Source of the DNA: Gammaproteobacteria bacterium UBA2965
GTDB lineage: Bacteria > Pseudomonadota > Gammaproteobacteria > Pseudomonadales > Azotimanducaceae
Length of the DNA stretch: 64,000 nt
Reading direction: 5' to 3'
NCBI GenBank assembly: GCA_002348385.1
Contig: DEBD01000037.1
Location: forward strand, 129,467-193,466
The notes beneath the pieces were generated by a model. The model was not told the DNA's origin, made no database searches, and saw only the letters and a program-made list of their open reading frames with translations. Shown one piece after another: positions 45,219 to 55,762 of the stretch. The position numbers and the translations under genes were made by a program. The number at the start of each line of letters is the position of its first letter. The stretch's first letter is position 1.

Positions 45219-46550
45219 TCAGCGACCCGCCAATTGCGCCCTAATCTCCGTGTGCCGCGCCCGGGTGATAGGGTAGCCGATGATGAGCGCGGCAGACGCT
45301 AGGTAAAAGAGCACCGGTACCAACGCAAACCAGGCACGCAAAGAGAAGAGCTGCTCCGACTCGTTCACGATAGTGGGATCGAATCCCAGATAAGCCAGCG
45401 CCGGAAGCGATATCCCAACCCCCAGCGCGCCCACCATCTTGGTTGCCGTCGACCAGGCCGCGAAAAACAGGCCTGCGCGGTCCTCGCCGCTCTCCAGCGC
45501 GTCCAAATCGATCACGTCTGCCTTCATGGACGTGGGCACTACGGCCATGTTGCCGCCGCCGATGCCCACCACGAACAGAAAAAACGCGGCCAGCCACGCA
45601 TCTCCCGCACCCAGCCAGAGAAACTGAGGAAACATAAGCCCCATGAGGCTGATGGAGCACAGCCAGGTGATGTGCTTGTCGGTTTTCTGCGCCAGCCAGA
45701 CCCAGAAGGGAATGCCCAGCAGATTACCCGCGTAGTAACCGAGCACCACACGGGGTGCGGCAGTGGGATCTTCGATCACATGGGAGATGAAGATCACGAA
45801 TAGCGGCGCGGACAACGCCACTGCCAGGGAACTCAGAACGAAGGCGAACAGCAACCGCCGAAACGGACCATTGCTCCACATGATCTTCAGCCCGGCGATG
45901 ATGTTCATCTGGGCGGGCACGAAGTCTTTGCGCTCCGGCACCGCTACCAACGCAGGCACCACCATCAGGGGTGTAAGCAACAGCACGCCGATACCGATCA
46001 TATAGATCATCTCGCCGCTGCGTCCGCCCCATCCGAACAGTTCCTGACTGGCCGCCGGTATGGCGATGGCGATCAGGGTGCCAAGCAGTCCGGCCGTGGT
46101 GCGCCAACCGGTAACCCGGGTTCGCTCCGTATATGAAGACGATAGCTCCGCACCCCAGGCGAAATAGGGAATGTTGAATAGCGTCCAGCCAAACCACAGC
46201 ACCATGATCCAGATCAGCAGATAAGTCTCGTCTACGCCTTCCGGCGGGAAGAACAGGTAGTAGATGGAGACCATGACGATGGGCACCGACGCGATGATCC
46301 AGGGTTTGCGCCGCCCGATGGGGCTGCGGGTGCGGTCGGTGAAATATCCGATTAACGGGTCCGTCACCACGTCCCAGAAGCGCGACAGCATCAGAATGGC
46401 GCCCACCGCCGCCATTCCAAGGCCCAGATCCTGGGTGTAGAACGCCGGAATGAACAGGCTCACCGGCGTGCTCGCCATGGACATGGGAAACTCGGCCGCG
46501 CTGTATGAGAACAGCTTGCCGCGCGGCAGCTTGGTCTGGGCTTCCGCCAC
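45219..46550 (-). CDS. MFS transporter, GPH:cation symporter family
   Basis: DPLIGYFTDRTRSPIGRRKPW loop motif and a 12-TM pattern. Confidence 0.9.
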   Translation of the reverse strand: MAEAQTKLPRGKLFSYSAAEFPMSMASTPVSLFIPAFYTQDLGLGMAAVGAILMLSRFWDVVTDPLIGYFTDRTRSPIGRRKPWIIASVPIVMVSIYYLFFPPEGVDETYLLIWIMVLWFGWTLFNIPYFAWGAELSSSYTERTRVTGWRTTAGLLGTLIAIAIPAASQELFGWGGRSGEMIYMIGIGVLLLTPLMVVPALVAVPERKDFVPAQMNIIAGLKIMWSNGPFRRLLFAFVLSSLAVALSAPLFVIFISHVIEDPTAAPRVVLGYYAGNLLGIPFWVWLAQKTDKHITWLCSISLMGLMFPQFLWLGAGDAWLAAFFLFVVGIGGGNMAVVPTSMKADVIDLDALESGEDRAGLFFAAWSTATKMVGALGVGISLPALAYLGFDPTIVNESEQLFSLRAWFALVPVLFYLASAALIIGYPITRARHTEIRAQLAGR

Positions 46551-46555
46551 GATGC

Positions 46556-46993
46556 CTAGCCGACTTCAACCAGCTCGATGATGTTACCTTCCGGATCGGC
46601 AAAGAAGCACAGCCGTAGCGGCCGTTCGGGATCAATGAGCGTGCGGTCGGAGCGCAAGGTCGCTCCCTTGGCTTCCGCCGCCGCCAGGGTGTCGTGCAGA
46701 TCACTGCAGTAAAAGGTCAGGTAGCCAATCCCCCCGCGAGTAGCCAGGTGCTGCCCCGCCTGGTGGGGTTGCGGAGCCGCCGGGGGCTGCATCAGCTTGA
46801 TGATCTCTCCCCCGGGGGTCTCCAACCATACGTTCACGTACCCGTCCGGCGCCACCGCGAGCTGGTTGCTGAGCTGCGCCGGAATATCGGCCCGACGGGA
46901 TTCCTTGCAGCCCAGCACGCTGCAGTAGAAATCCAACATGGCATCCAGGTCGGTAACCGGAATACCGCACTCCATGGGCTGTGTTTGTTGCAT
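46556..46993 (-). CDS. VOC family protein (glyoxalase/dioxygenase fold)
   Basis: CGIPVTDLDAMLDFY...YLTFYCSDL...DPEGNIIEL. Confidence 0.85.
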   Translation of the reverse strand: MQQTQPMECGIPVTDLDAMLDFYCSVLGCKESRRADIPAQLSNQLAVAPDGYVNVWLETPGGEIIKLMQPPAAPQPHQAGQHLATRGGIGYLTFYCSDLHDTLAAAEAKGATLRSDRTLIDPERPLRLCFFADPEGNIIELVEVG

Positions 46994-47145
46994 CTGAAAT
47001 CCCCCGTTAAATACAAATCGTTAGCTCTGGCGAAGCGCAGGCATGTCCTGGATGCTGGACACCTCGCTGGCCCCAAATGGCCGCTCGATGAACCTAGCAT
47101 GCTACATTATAAGTCCAGTTCGACAGCATCAATGTTGGATTGCCC

Positions 47146-47859
47146 ATGCAGATAGAAGGGCCTCCCTCACAGCCCATTCGCGAAGAATTCGACGTGCTCT
47201 CGGAGCTCGTGCCGTTGGACGGCGCGCGGATTCTTGAGCTGGGTTGCGGTGCGGCGGAGAAGACGCGTCAGATCGCGGAGACATTCCCCCGCTGCCAGAT
47301 CGTTGCGTCAGAGGTGGATCAGATTCAGCAAGGCGAGAACCTCCTCATCGACGACCTGCCCAACGTGTCGTTTCAATCCTTCGGTGCCGAGAGCATCGAC
47401 GCGGCTGACCAAAGCTTTGACGCAGTATTGATGTTCAAATCTCTTCACCACGTACCCGTTGAGGCGATGGACGCCGCACTCGATGAGATTGTTCGCGTAT
47501 TGAAGCCTAAGGGACTCGCCTATATTTCCGAACCCGTATTCGCCGGCGCCTTCAACGAGATCGTGCGTCTATTTCACGATGAGTCAGAGGTGCGCAAGGC
47601 TGCGTTCGCGGCACTACGGCGGTGTGTAACCGCGAACAAACTGGCGCTTGCCGGCCAGCACTTCTTCTACAATAGACTCCGGCTCAAGTCGTTCGCTCAG
47701 TTCGAGCAAGGCGTGGTCAACGTCACCCACACCGACCACCAATTGAGCGCCGAGCTATTCGAGGAGGTGCGCGCGCGCTTCGAAGATCACGCCAGCGACC
47801 AGGGGTACCGTTTTGAGATTCCCAACCGGGTTGACCTCTTGAGGAAAGCGCCGCTCTAA
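47146..47859 (+). CDS. Class I SAM-dependent methyltransferase
   Basis: Motif I ILELGCGAAEKT. Post-I/II region VLKPKGLAYISEP. A TTG at 47140 is an alternative start. Confidence 0.85.
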   Translation: MQIEGPPSQPIREEFDVLSELVPLDGARILELGCGAAEKTRQIAETFPRCQIVASEVDQIQQGENLLIDDLPNVSFQSFGAESIDAADQSFDAVLMFKSLHHVPVEAMDAALDEIVRVLKPKGLAYISEPVFAGAFNEIVRLFHDESEVRKAAFAALRRCVTANKLALAGQHFFYNRLRLKSFAQFEQGVVNVTHTDHQLSAELFEEVRARFEDHASDQGYRFEIPNRVDLLRKAPL

Positions 47860-47878
47860 TGCGGCAAACGGTTGTGTC

Positions 47879-48886
47879 CTACAGCTTCAACAACTGCTTT
47901 CCGAAGTTCTGACCAGAAAACAAACGCATCAATGTAGTCGGCGCATTCTCGAAGCCGTGTTGAATATCTTCCTTGTAGACAATTCGGCCAGCGCGAATCC
48001 ATTCCTCCATCCGCGCCAGCGCCGCGGCATGCTCGCTTTCGTAGCCGCTCAGCAAGAACCCTTGAATAGTCGCTTGCCGGAATACGATGTTGAAGTAGTT
48101 GGCCGGCCCCGGCGGCAGAGTTTCCTGCTCGTAGCGGGAGATGCCGCCACAGATGACAATTCGTGCGTGGGGCGCAATGCGCGTGAGCGCGTCATTGAGT
48201 ACATCGCCGCCCACATTGTCGAAAAACACATTGATCCCGGCGGGACACAGCTCCTTCAACCGGCCCTTGATGCTCTCGTTTTTGTAGTCGATGGCCGCAT
48301 CAATGCCTGCCTCTTCGACCAGCCAGGCACATTTCTTAGGACCGCCAGCAACACCTATCACCCGACAGCCAGCAATCTTGGCAATCTGACAAACCATCGA
48401 TCCCACGGCACCCGCAGCACCCGACACCACAACGGTGTCTCCCGGTTCCGGACGACCCACTTTCAGCAGGCCGAAGTAGGCTGTCAGCCCGGTGCTGCCG
48501 AGCGGTCCAAGCCGGGTCAGCATGAGGTCATCTTCCGGTAACACGGTGAGGGCGCTGCGCGGCATATCGGCAAACTCCTGCCAGCCCACATAGCCGAACA
48601 CCTTGCTCCCCAAAGCCAGCTTGGCATCCTGCGACTCGATCACCTCGCCCATACCGCGGCCGATCATCACATCGCCGATCTTGGCACCACCGGAGTAACC
48701 GGAGATGTTTTCGAGCTTACCCTTCTGCGAAGGCTCAAAACTGAGGTATTCCACCTTCACGCGGACGCGCCCTTTCTCCAGTGGGCCCAACTCCACCTCG
48801 TTCAGCGCAAAGTCGGATGGCTCAAGGGCCCGTCCGCGGGGACTTCCATTGATCACCCATTGTCGATTGATGGAACGCTCAGACAT
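47879..48886 (-). CDS. NADP-dependent oxidoreductase, MDR superfamily (zinc-independent alkenal/enone reductase type)
   Basis: VVVSGAAGAVGSMVCQIAKIAGCRVIG. GGAGGA before the ATG. Confidence 0.9.
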   Translation of the reverse strand: MSERSINRQWVINGSPRGRALEPSDFALNEVELGPLEKGRVRVKVEYLSFEPSQKGKLENISGYSGGAKIGDVMIGRGMGEVIESQDAKLALGSKVFGYVGWQEFADMPRSALTVLPEDDLMLTRLGPLGSTGLTAYFGLLKVGRPEPGDTVVVSGAAGAVGSMVCQIAKIAGCRVIGVAGGPKKCAWLVEEAGIDAAIDYKNESIKGRLKELCPAGINVFFDNVGGDVLNDALTRIAPHARIVICGGISRYEQETLPPGPANYFNIVFRQATIQGFLLSGYESEHAAALARMEEWIRAGRIVYKEDIQHGFENAPTTLMRLFSGQNFGKQLLKL

Positions 48887-49026
48887 CTATCCTCCAGATT
48901 TCTTGCCGGGCTTTTGCGGGAGCACACGCAGACCCGGAGCCAATCGGCCCGCAGTCGCTCGCCAGTGGCTACTTTAGCGCCCAGATGGCTCATGTATGTG
49001 GACGCCATCAACTCCGTTTTAGGGTA

Positions 49027-49875
49027 CTAGTCGAAGCCTTCCTCCTTGAACGCGCCGTCGCGCCAAGCCAGCGCGGCCTTCAGGCCGCCCCCTTCTCGGG
49101 CCGCGTTGCCGAAATCGCCCGCACCGGGACGCAGCCGCGAACTCAACGCGTGCCACTGCCAACCAGTCGCCAGGGCCGTGCGAAAGCCCATGATCTCGTA
49201 TGCCTGGTTAACCGAATGCTTGTTGGCTGCCAGCAAGTCTGGGGCAATCTGCGACATCGGCCGCAGTTCACGCATCACCTGCTCGTCTAGTTCGTCCGCA
49301 GGGAACGACTTGGCCACCCAGCCCATCTCGGCGGCCTCTTTACCGGTAACTGAGTTACCCGTGAGCTGCAGATATTTGGCTTGAGCCATGGACATCTTCC
49401 ATGGAAAGTACAAGGTATCCGGCGAGGTCATGCCTCGCATGGGCGGGTACCCGATGCGTGCATCGTCCGCCACGAAGGCGATGTCGGCCATGGAGAGAAT
49501 CTCGGTGCCGCCGGCCACACAGTGACCGTGGGCCTTCACCACCACCGGCTTGAGTAGCTCCCACATGGTCATCCAGTCGCGCACACAGCTGCGCGCGAAC
49601 TGATCGGTCCAGCTGTCGAAGTGCTCGGAACGGACCCAACCCTCCTTCTGGTAATCCTGCTCGGTAGGCGCCAGGTCGTAGCCCGAGCAGAACGACGAGC
49701 CTGCGCCCTCGATGAGCACCACGCTCACTGCGTCGTCCGCCTCTGCGGTTTTCAATGCGGACACGAACTCGTCTCGCATGCGAAACGACAGCGCGTTGCG
49801 CTTCTCCGGTACGTTGAGCGTGATCCGGGCGATCCGGTCTTCTACTGAATAGAGTATCGAATGGTAGTCGGACAT
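49027..49875 (-). CDS. Enoyl-CoA hydratase/isomerase family protein
   Basis: LNVPEKRNALS and IEGAGSSFCSGYDL. Start trimmed to ATG 49875. Confidence 0.85.
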   Translation of the reverse strand: MSDYHSILYSVEDRIARITLNVPEKRNALSFRMRDEFVSALKTAEADDAVSVVLIEGAGSSFCSGYDLAPTEQDYQKEGWVRSEHFDSWTDQFARSCVRDWMTMWELLKPVVVKAHGHCVAGGTEILSMADIAFVADDARIGYPPMRGMTSPDTLYFPWKMSMAQAKYLQLTGNSVTGKEAAEMGWVAKSFPADELDEQVMRELRPMSQIAPDLLAANKHSVNQAYEIMGFRTALATGWQWHALSSRLRPGAGDFGNAAREGGGLKAALAWRDGAFKEEGFD

Positions 49876-50021
49876 TTGTATGCATCCCTCCCTGTGAACG
49901 CCTGACATTAGCACACTGGCACCTCATTCCGCGCCGGCGACCGCTGCAGTGGTGATCGCAAATTTGTGCGGCTACGGCGTTTTCTGCGAGACTGCGCGCC
50001 CGCTTAATCAGCACGGCAACT

Positions 50022-51254
50022 GTGACGGAGCACACCCAGCAAACCAGACCCTGGACGGCATTCACCTACCGCGACTACCGCCTGTTGTGGACGGTGATGA
50101 TGGCGTCTTCCATGGTGAACTGGATGCGCATTCTGGGTACCTCCCAGTGGCTATTGGACGTTACCGGATCCGCCGTACTGGTGGGTCTGATCGGCGTGGT
50201 GCAGCTGGTGGTGCAAATTCCCGCACTGCTCTGGGGCGGCGCACTGGCGGACCGCATGGATCGAAAACGCCTGATGCTGGTTTCCTACGGCGTAACGGCA
50301 GCGTCTCTGGTGGGGTTGGGACTTCTGGATCGCAGCGGCGCCCTGACACCGGCCATGGTTTACGCGGGTATCGCGGTCAGCGCGGCGGCGCACATGCTGG
50401 CAAGCCCCGCGCGCTCGGCACTCATCCCCATCGTCATCCCGGAGCGCCATCTGCTGATTGCGACTTCCACCGACACGGCCTCCGCCAATGCCGCCGCCAT
50501 CATCGGTCCGCTGCTGTTTGCCGCCGTGGCCGTCAGCCTCGGCCTCGACGCGGTGTTTCTCATTGCCGGCGGCCTGGCTTTCGTTGCTGCGGTGCTACCT
50601 CCCACGATGCGGGCTGCCGGCGTGGCCGACGGCGGCAACAAAGGCGCCTCCATGCTGCACCAAACCCGTGAAGGGTTCAGCTACGTGGCCAAGCATCCCA
50701 TCCTGCCGGGTCTCTTTCTCCTCGACATCGGTATCACCACGGCCTCCTTCTACCGGGAGATATTGCCCGTACTGGCGCTGGGATTGTTTGCCGGCGGCGC
50801 CACCGCCACCGGCATGCTAGGAGCCGCCAACTCCACCGGAGCCATCATCGGGTCGTTCGTTGCGCTGTTTTTTGCCGCTTACCGAGCCAAGGGTATGCTT
50901 GTGCTCTACGCCTCGTTCGCCTACGGATTCATTCTGTTCGGATTCGGTGCGGCCAACACGCTTTGGATGGGCATGCTCATGATCGGGCTGCTGGGCGCGG
51001 CAGACGCAGTCACCGTGGCCGTGCGGCAGACGACCGTGATGCTCACCACCCCGGATCACATGCGTGGTCGAGCGTTCGCTCTCATGATTCTGGCGGCTCA
51101 AACGGCAAACAACATTGGCACCATCTGGGTGGGAGCATGGGCGGGTGCCATCGGCGCCGCCAATACCATGCTCCTCGGAGGCGTGATCTCGATATTAGCC
51201 ACCGCATTGATCTGGCGGCTGTGGCCGCAGATCCGACGGTTCCGATCTTCTTGA
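50022..51254 (+). CDS. MFS transporter (EntS/MFS_3-like)
   Basis: 12-TM pattern, DRMDRKRLM loop. Confidence 0.85.
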   Translation: MTEHTQQTRPWTAFTYRDYRLLWTVMMASSMVNWMRILGTSQWLLDVTGSAVLVGLIGVVQLVVQIPALLWGGALADRMDRKRLMLVSYGVTAASLVGLGLLDRSGALTPAMVYAGIAVSAAAHMLASPARSALIPIVIPERHLLIATSTDTASANAAAIIGPLLFAAVAVSLGLDAVFLIAGGLAFVAAVLPPTMRAAGVADGGNKGASMLHQTREGFSYVAKHPILPGLFLLDIGITTASFYREILPVLALGLFAGGATATGMLGAANSTGAIIGSFVALFFAAYRAKGMLVLYASFAYGFILFGFGAANTLWMGMLMIGLLGAADAVTVAVRQTTVMLTTPDHMRGRAFALMILAAQTANNIGTIWVGAWAGAIGAANTMLLGGVISILATALIWRLWPQIRRFRSS

Positions 51255-51261
51255 GCCCCGC

Positions 51262-54200
51262 TCAGCCGCCGTCGGCCCCCACGGCGATCACCTCATCTCC
51301 CCGCGCGGCGCGACGCCGACGCAGATAGGCGAACCAGTCTTCCATGATCATATAGAGGGAAGGAATCAGCAGCAGCGTAATGAAAGTGGCGAACAGGACA
51401 CCGAACGCCAGCGATACTGCAACCGGCACGATGAACCCGGTCGCCATGCTAGCGGTCGCGATCAATGGCAACAAGCCAAGGAACGTAGTCACAGAGGTCA
51501 GCAGTATGGGACGAAACCGGACCACACCGGCCATGGTGACTGCATCGAGCAGCCCAATGCCTTCCCGCCGCTGGCGATTGACGTAGTCCACCAGCACAAG
51601 GCTGGAGTTCACCACCACGCCGGACAGCGCCACCATGCCGATGATGGACGGGAATACCAACTTAAACCCGGTGACGTAGTGACCGAGAATCGCACCCACC
51701 GCGCCGAACGGGATGACGCTCATAATCACCAGGGGTTGGATGTAGGATTTAAGCGGGATCGCCAGTAGCGCGTAGATAATCAGAAGCGCCAGCGGCAACA
51801 GCATGAGCAGCCCCTGCATGGACTTCAGGCGCTCCTCCAACTCACCCGACACGCTAGAGCGCAGGCCGGGATACTTCGCAAATAGCCGCGGCAGGATTTC
51901 CATCTGCACGGTCTGGGCAATCTCTTCAGGCTGCGCCACCGAGCGATCGATGTCTCCCGTGACGGTCACCACCCGCCGGCGGTCATAGCGCGAGATATTG
52001 CTGTAGCCCCTTCCCAGCGACACCTCCGCTACGCTGGCAAAGGGCACCTCGGTGCCGTTGCGTGTGCGAATTCGCATGTCTTCCAGATCACCCAGCGAGC
52101 GTCGCTCGGATTCCGGATAACGAACCATGACCCGCACGTCATCCGTGCCGCGCTGGATTCGTTGGGCCTGCTCGCCATAAAAGGCCTGGCGCACCTGGTA
52201 TCCCAGATCATTGAGGGTGAGCCCCAGCGTCTTGGCCTCAGGCTTGATCGCGAGCTTCACTTCTTGCTTGCCCGCGCGAAAAGAGTCCGCAACATCGAAC
52301 ACACCATCAAAGCGACTGAGCTCCGCCCGCAATTCCGCCGCCGCCATACGCAAGTCTTCGACGTTACGCGCGGTAAGCTGAAACGACAGCGGCTTGCCGA
52401 AGCTGAATGCGTCCGCGGTAAAGGTGAGCTCCACGGCATCGGTAACCGAACCAGTAAGCTCGCGCCAGCGATTCGCCAGTTCCTTGGTGCTCATCCCGCC
52501 CCGCTCGCCGGGCGGCGCGAATTCAATGGCAACCTCGGCATAGTGCGAGACACCGGCGTTGGCGCCGACGAAACCAGGACCCCCACCCCGCCCCACCCAG
52601 GTGCCGACGGAGGTCAGCACATGCTTCATCGCCGGCGGATCGTCAGCATCCAGCTGACCCTGCACCTCTTCACCCAGCAAACGTGCACCCCGCTCGATAC
52701 GCTTGGTTGCCTCTACGGTCCGCTCAACGGCCACGCCTTCCGGCATGGTGAGAGACGCAAAGATGTGGTTGCCTTCAACAGACGGGAAAAATCCGAACAC
52801 AATGCGCCCCGACATGACCATCCCCATGGTCACAAACAGCACCGCCAATCCGCACATCAATGTGAGGTAGCGCCACTCGACGCAACGCAATAGGAACGGC
52901 CGATAGCGGTCACTGGCGAAGTGCTCAAGCCCGAGCGCCAAGCGCTCCTGCAGGGCGGTCCAGCGGGCCACGAAAGCGTTGGGTTCGCCCGCACTAGACG
53001 CCTTTCTGTGGGCCAGATGGGAAGGCAGGATCAGCTGCGACTCCACCAGGCTGAATACCAGGCAGACAACCACAACGAAGCCTACGATCAGGAAGATTCC
53101 CCCAAGGCGACCGGCGCCCAACAGCAATGGGATGAATGCGGCTACGGAGGTGAGCACGCCGAATATGACCGGCAGCACCACCTCATGAGTGCCAGCTATG
53201 GCCGCGTGCTCCTGGCTCTCAGCACTGCGCTCATGAGCGTAGATCCGCTCGCCCACCACGATGGCATCGTCCACCACGATGCCAAGGGCAAGCAGAAAGC
53301 CCACCACCGACATGGAGTTGATGGAAAGCCCCGCGATGGGAAACAGGATGGCAGGCGCCAGCAGCGCCACCAGAATGCCCACCGCCACCCAGAAAGCGAG
53401 CCGAAAGCGCAGGAACACCGTAAGCACGATGAGCACCAGAAGCAGTCCGCCCGCCGCATTGCCTACCAGAGCATCCAGGCGCGTACGCAACTCCTCCGAG
53501 CCATCGAGCCAGATGGTCATGTGAATGCCGTCCGGCAGCACGCGTTGCTTCTCTGCCATATACGCTTTCACACGCTCAGCAATATCGATCAGATCTTCCT
53601 CGCCCACGCGAAACACCCGAATCATCACCGCGGGCTCGCCGTCGAAACGTACGCGAAGGTCGCCTTCCTGAAAGCCGTCGACGATATTGGCGATCTCGCT
53701 CAGCAACAGATTCGTGCCGTCTGCCCGAGTGAGCACCACGATGTCTTCGAACTCCTGCCCCCGATAGGCCTGGCCCTTGGTGCGCAGGAGAATCTCGCCA
53801 CCCCGGGTTTTGATAGAGCCGCCCGGCATGTCCAATGAAGATCGGCGGATGGCGTCGGCCACCTGGCCCAACGTGAGGTCGTGGCGCCGAAGAGTTTGCT
53901 CCGAGACCTCCACCGAGATCTCGAATGGCCTCGTGTAGTCAAGCTCTACCTGTGAAACGTTTTCCAGGGCGGCAATGTCCTCACGCACCTCCTGACCAAT
54001 AAGCTTCAGCGTGTACTCATCGGCGTTGCCGTGAATGGCAATGTCCAATACCGTGTTGCGAAATATCAGGGCCGACACGATGGGTTTTTCGGTCTCTACC
54101 GGCAGCGTAATGATGCCGTCCACCTTGGACTTGATGTCGTTCAGCGCCCGGTTGGTGTCGTAGGACTCTTCCAGCGTCACCGACATGGAGCACATGCCTT

Positions 54201-54462
54201 CCGCCGCGGTGGTGTTGATGTGCTGAATCCCCTCGGAGCCTTCTATGGCTTCTTCCACCCGGATGCAGACGCCCTCCTCCACCTCCACAGGAGCAGCCCC
54301 AAGATAGGGCACCGAGATTCGAATGATCTTCGGATCGATGTTGGGAAAATCTTCCTGGTGGCGTGTCGCCAGCGACCCTAAGCCCCCGATGATCAGCACC
54401 CACATGAGCAGGTTCGCTGCGACAGGGTTCCTCACAAACCAGGCAATGGGGCCACTGCCCAC
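51262..54462 (-). CDS. RND efflux transporter permease (AcrB/AcrD/AcrF family)
   Basis: 1066 aa. N-terminus IAWFVRNPVAANLLM. The GTG start overlaps the adaptor gene's stop by 1 nt. Confidence 0.95.
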   Translation of the reverse strand: MGSGPIAWFVRNPVAANLLMWVLIIGGLGSLATRHQEDFPNIDPKIIRISVPYLGAAPVEVEEGVCIRVEEAIEGSEGIQHINTTAAEGMCSMSVTLEESYDTNRALNDIKSKVDGIITLPVETEKPIVSALIFRNTVLDIAIHGNADEYTLKLIGQEVREDIAALENVSQVELDYTRPFEISVEVSEQTLRRHDLTLGQVADAIRRSSLDMPGGSIKTRGGEILLRTKGQAYRGQEFEDIVVLTRADGTNLLLSEIANIVDGFQEGDLRVRFDGEPAVMIRVFRVGEEDLIDIAERVKAYMAEKQRVLPDGIHMTIWLDGSEELRTRLDALVGNAAGGLLLVLIVLTVFLRFRLAFWVAVGILVALLAPAILFPIAGLSINSMSVVGFLLALGIVVDDAIVVGERIYAHERSAESQEHAAIAGTHEVVLPVIFGVLTSVAAFIPLLLGAGRLGGIFLIVGFVVVVCLVFSLVESQLILPSHLAHRKASSAGEPNAFVARWTALQERLALGLEHFASDRYRPFLLRCVEWRYLTLMCGLAVLFVTMGMVMSGRIVFGFFPSVEGNHIFASLTMPEGVAVERTVEATKRIERGARLLGEEVQGQLDADDPPAMKHVLTSVGTWVGRGGGPGFVGANAGVSHYAEVAIEFAPPGERGGMSTKELANRWRELTGSVTDAVELTFTADAFSFGKPLSFQLTARNVEDLRMAAAELRAELSRFDGVFDVADSFRAGKQEVKLAIKPEAKTLGLTLNDLGYQVRQAFYGEQAQRIQRGTDDVRVMVRYPESERRSLGDLEDMRIRTRNGTEVPFASVAEVSLGRGYSNISRYDRRRVVTVTGDIDRSVAQPEEIAQTVQMEILPRLFAKYPGLRSSVSGELEERLKSMQGLLMLLPLALLIIYALLAIPLKSYIQPLVIMSVIPFGAVGAILGHYVTGFKLVFPSIIGMVALSGVVVNSSLVLVDYVNRQRREGIGLLDAVTMAGVVRFRPILLTSVTTFLGLLPLIATASMATGFIVPVAVSLAFGVLFATFITLLLIPSLYMIMEDWFAYLRRRRAARGDEVIAVGADGG

Positions 54463-55613
54463 TAGGCGTCTACCTCGTCATCCGAACGGGCACTGACGCG
54501 CATACCTTCCACCACCGTCTGCAGCGGAGAAATACAGACGCGCTCACCGGCATTCAAACCTGAGACGATATAGACCTTGTTGCGGTACACCCGAAGCAGC
54601 TCAACGTCGCGGTATTGCAGGCGATCCTGGTCGTCCAAGATGAGCACGCGGTCGTCGTTGCGCATGGCACCCCGGGGCAGCACAACAATCCCGTCAGCCG
54701 AACGCCCCTCGATGTCGGCTCTGACAAATTGCCCTACGCGCAACGGTGAGGTCATCCTCACGTTTTCTACTCGCGCAACCAGATGCACCATCCGACTCTG
54801 CGCGTCGATTTCCGCCTCGGCGCGCACCACCCGGGCGGCCCACTCGTGTTCTTGCCCCCCATACAGCGCGCGCAGCGTGGCGCCCGGCGCTACGGCAGCC
54901 TCGAACTCCCCTATATGTGACAGCGGAATGTTGAGGTAGGCAAGCTGCTCGTCTGCGATGGGCAGACGAACTTCCACGGAGTCAGTGGCGTACACCGTAG
55001 CAATGCGATTTCCGCGATTGACAAATTGTCCCACGTCCACATTCTTGCTGCGGACCAACCCGTTGAAGGGCGCGCGAATGTTGGTTCTCTCGTGATCAAG
55101 CTTCGCGCGCTCCAGGGCAAATCGCGCATCGTCCAGATTTGCGGCCGAAATGCGCGCCACCCTCAGGGCATTTTCCATCTGGGAGCGGCTGGCCAACTGG
55201 CGGGACTCCAATTGCTCCAACCGGCGCAGCTCGAAGCGCGCGTGCTCATTGTCTGCCCGAGCCCGCTGCAGCGCCGCTCGCGCCCGCCCCGCGGCAGCAG
55301 CGTAATCCCGCTCGTCGATGCGCAGCAGCAGCTCACCCTCGTGGAACGCGCCACCAGAAACGAGGGTAGGAGAAATCCATACGACCTTGCCTGCCACCTC
55401 CGGCACGAGATCAGACTCGGTGCGGGGAGCGGCCGTACCCTGGGAATGCACCACCATTCGCACTTGCTGGGGCGTCACCTCGGTCACACGCACCGCGGTG
55501 GGGATCGCTTCCGGCCTTGTGGGTTGCACACGCGCACTGGTGGCCAGCAGGCTGATGGTTGCCAATAAGGTAGCGACCACAACAGCCGCCGGGAGGGCGA
55601 CTTTCAACCGCAT
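54462..55613 (-). CDS. RND efflux periplasmic adaptor (membrane fusion protein)
   Basis: Coiled-coil hairpin and beta-barrel pattern. AAGGAG lies 8 nt before the ATG. Confidence 0.9.
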   Translation of the reverse strand: MRLKVALPAAVVVATLLATISLLATSARVQPTRPEAIPTAVRVTEVTPQQVRMVVHSQGTAAPRTESDLVPEVAGKVVWISPTLVSGGAFHEGELLLRIDERDYAAAAGRARAALQRARADNEHARFELRRLEQLESRQLASRSQMENALRVARISAANLDDARFALERAKLDHERTNIRAPFNGLVRSKNVDVGQFVNRGNRIATVYATDSVEVRLPIADEQLAYLNIPLSHIGEFEAAVAPGATLRALYGGQEHEWAARVVRAEAEIDAQSRMVHLVARVENVRMTSPLRVGQFVRADIEGRSADGIVVLPRGAMRNDDRVLILDDQDRLQYRDVELLRVYRNKVYIVSGLNAGERVCISPLQTVVEGMRVSARSDDEVDA

Positions 55614-55704
55614 TAGCGATACTCCTTAGTAACCCTAAATCATACGAGTCTGGCTCCGATAACCGCGCAGCGCCGGGGGGCACACCGCATCAGCGGAACA
55701 ACGC

Positions 55705-55734
55705 CTATTAACTCGCGTACTATTAACTCGCGTA
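55705..55734. repeat. Perfect tandem duplication of a 15-bp unit
   Basis: ctattaactcgcgta x2 (55705-55719 and 55720-55734), upstream of the RND operon. Confidence 0.9.
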
Positions 55735-55762
55735 TATGGCTCGAGCCGTTGCGTTGTAGCGC

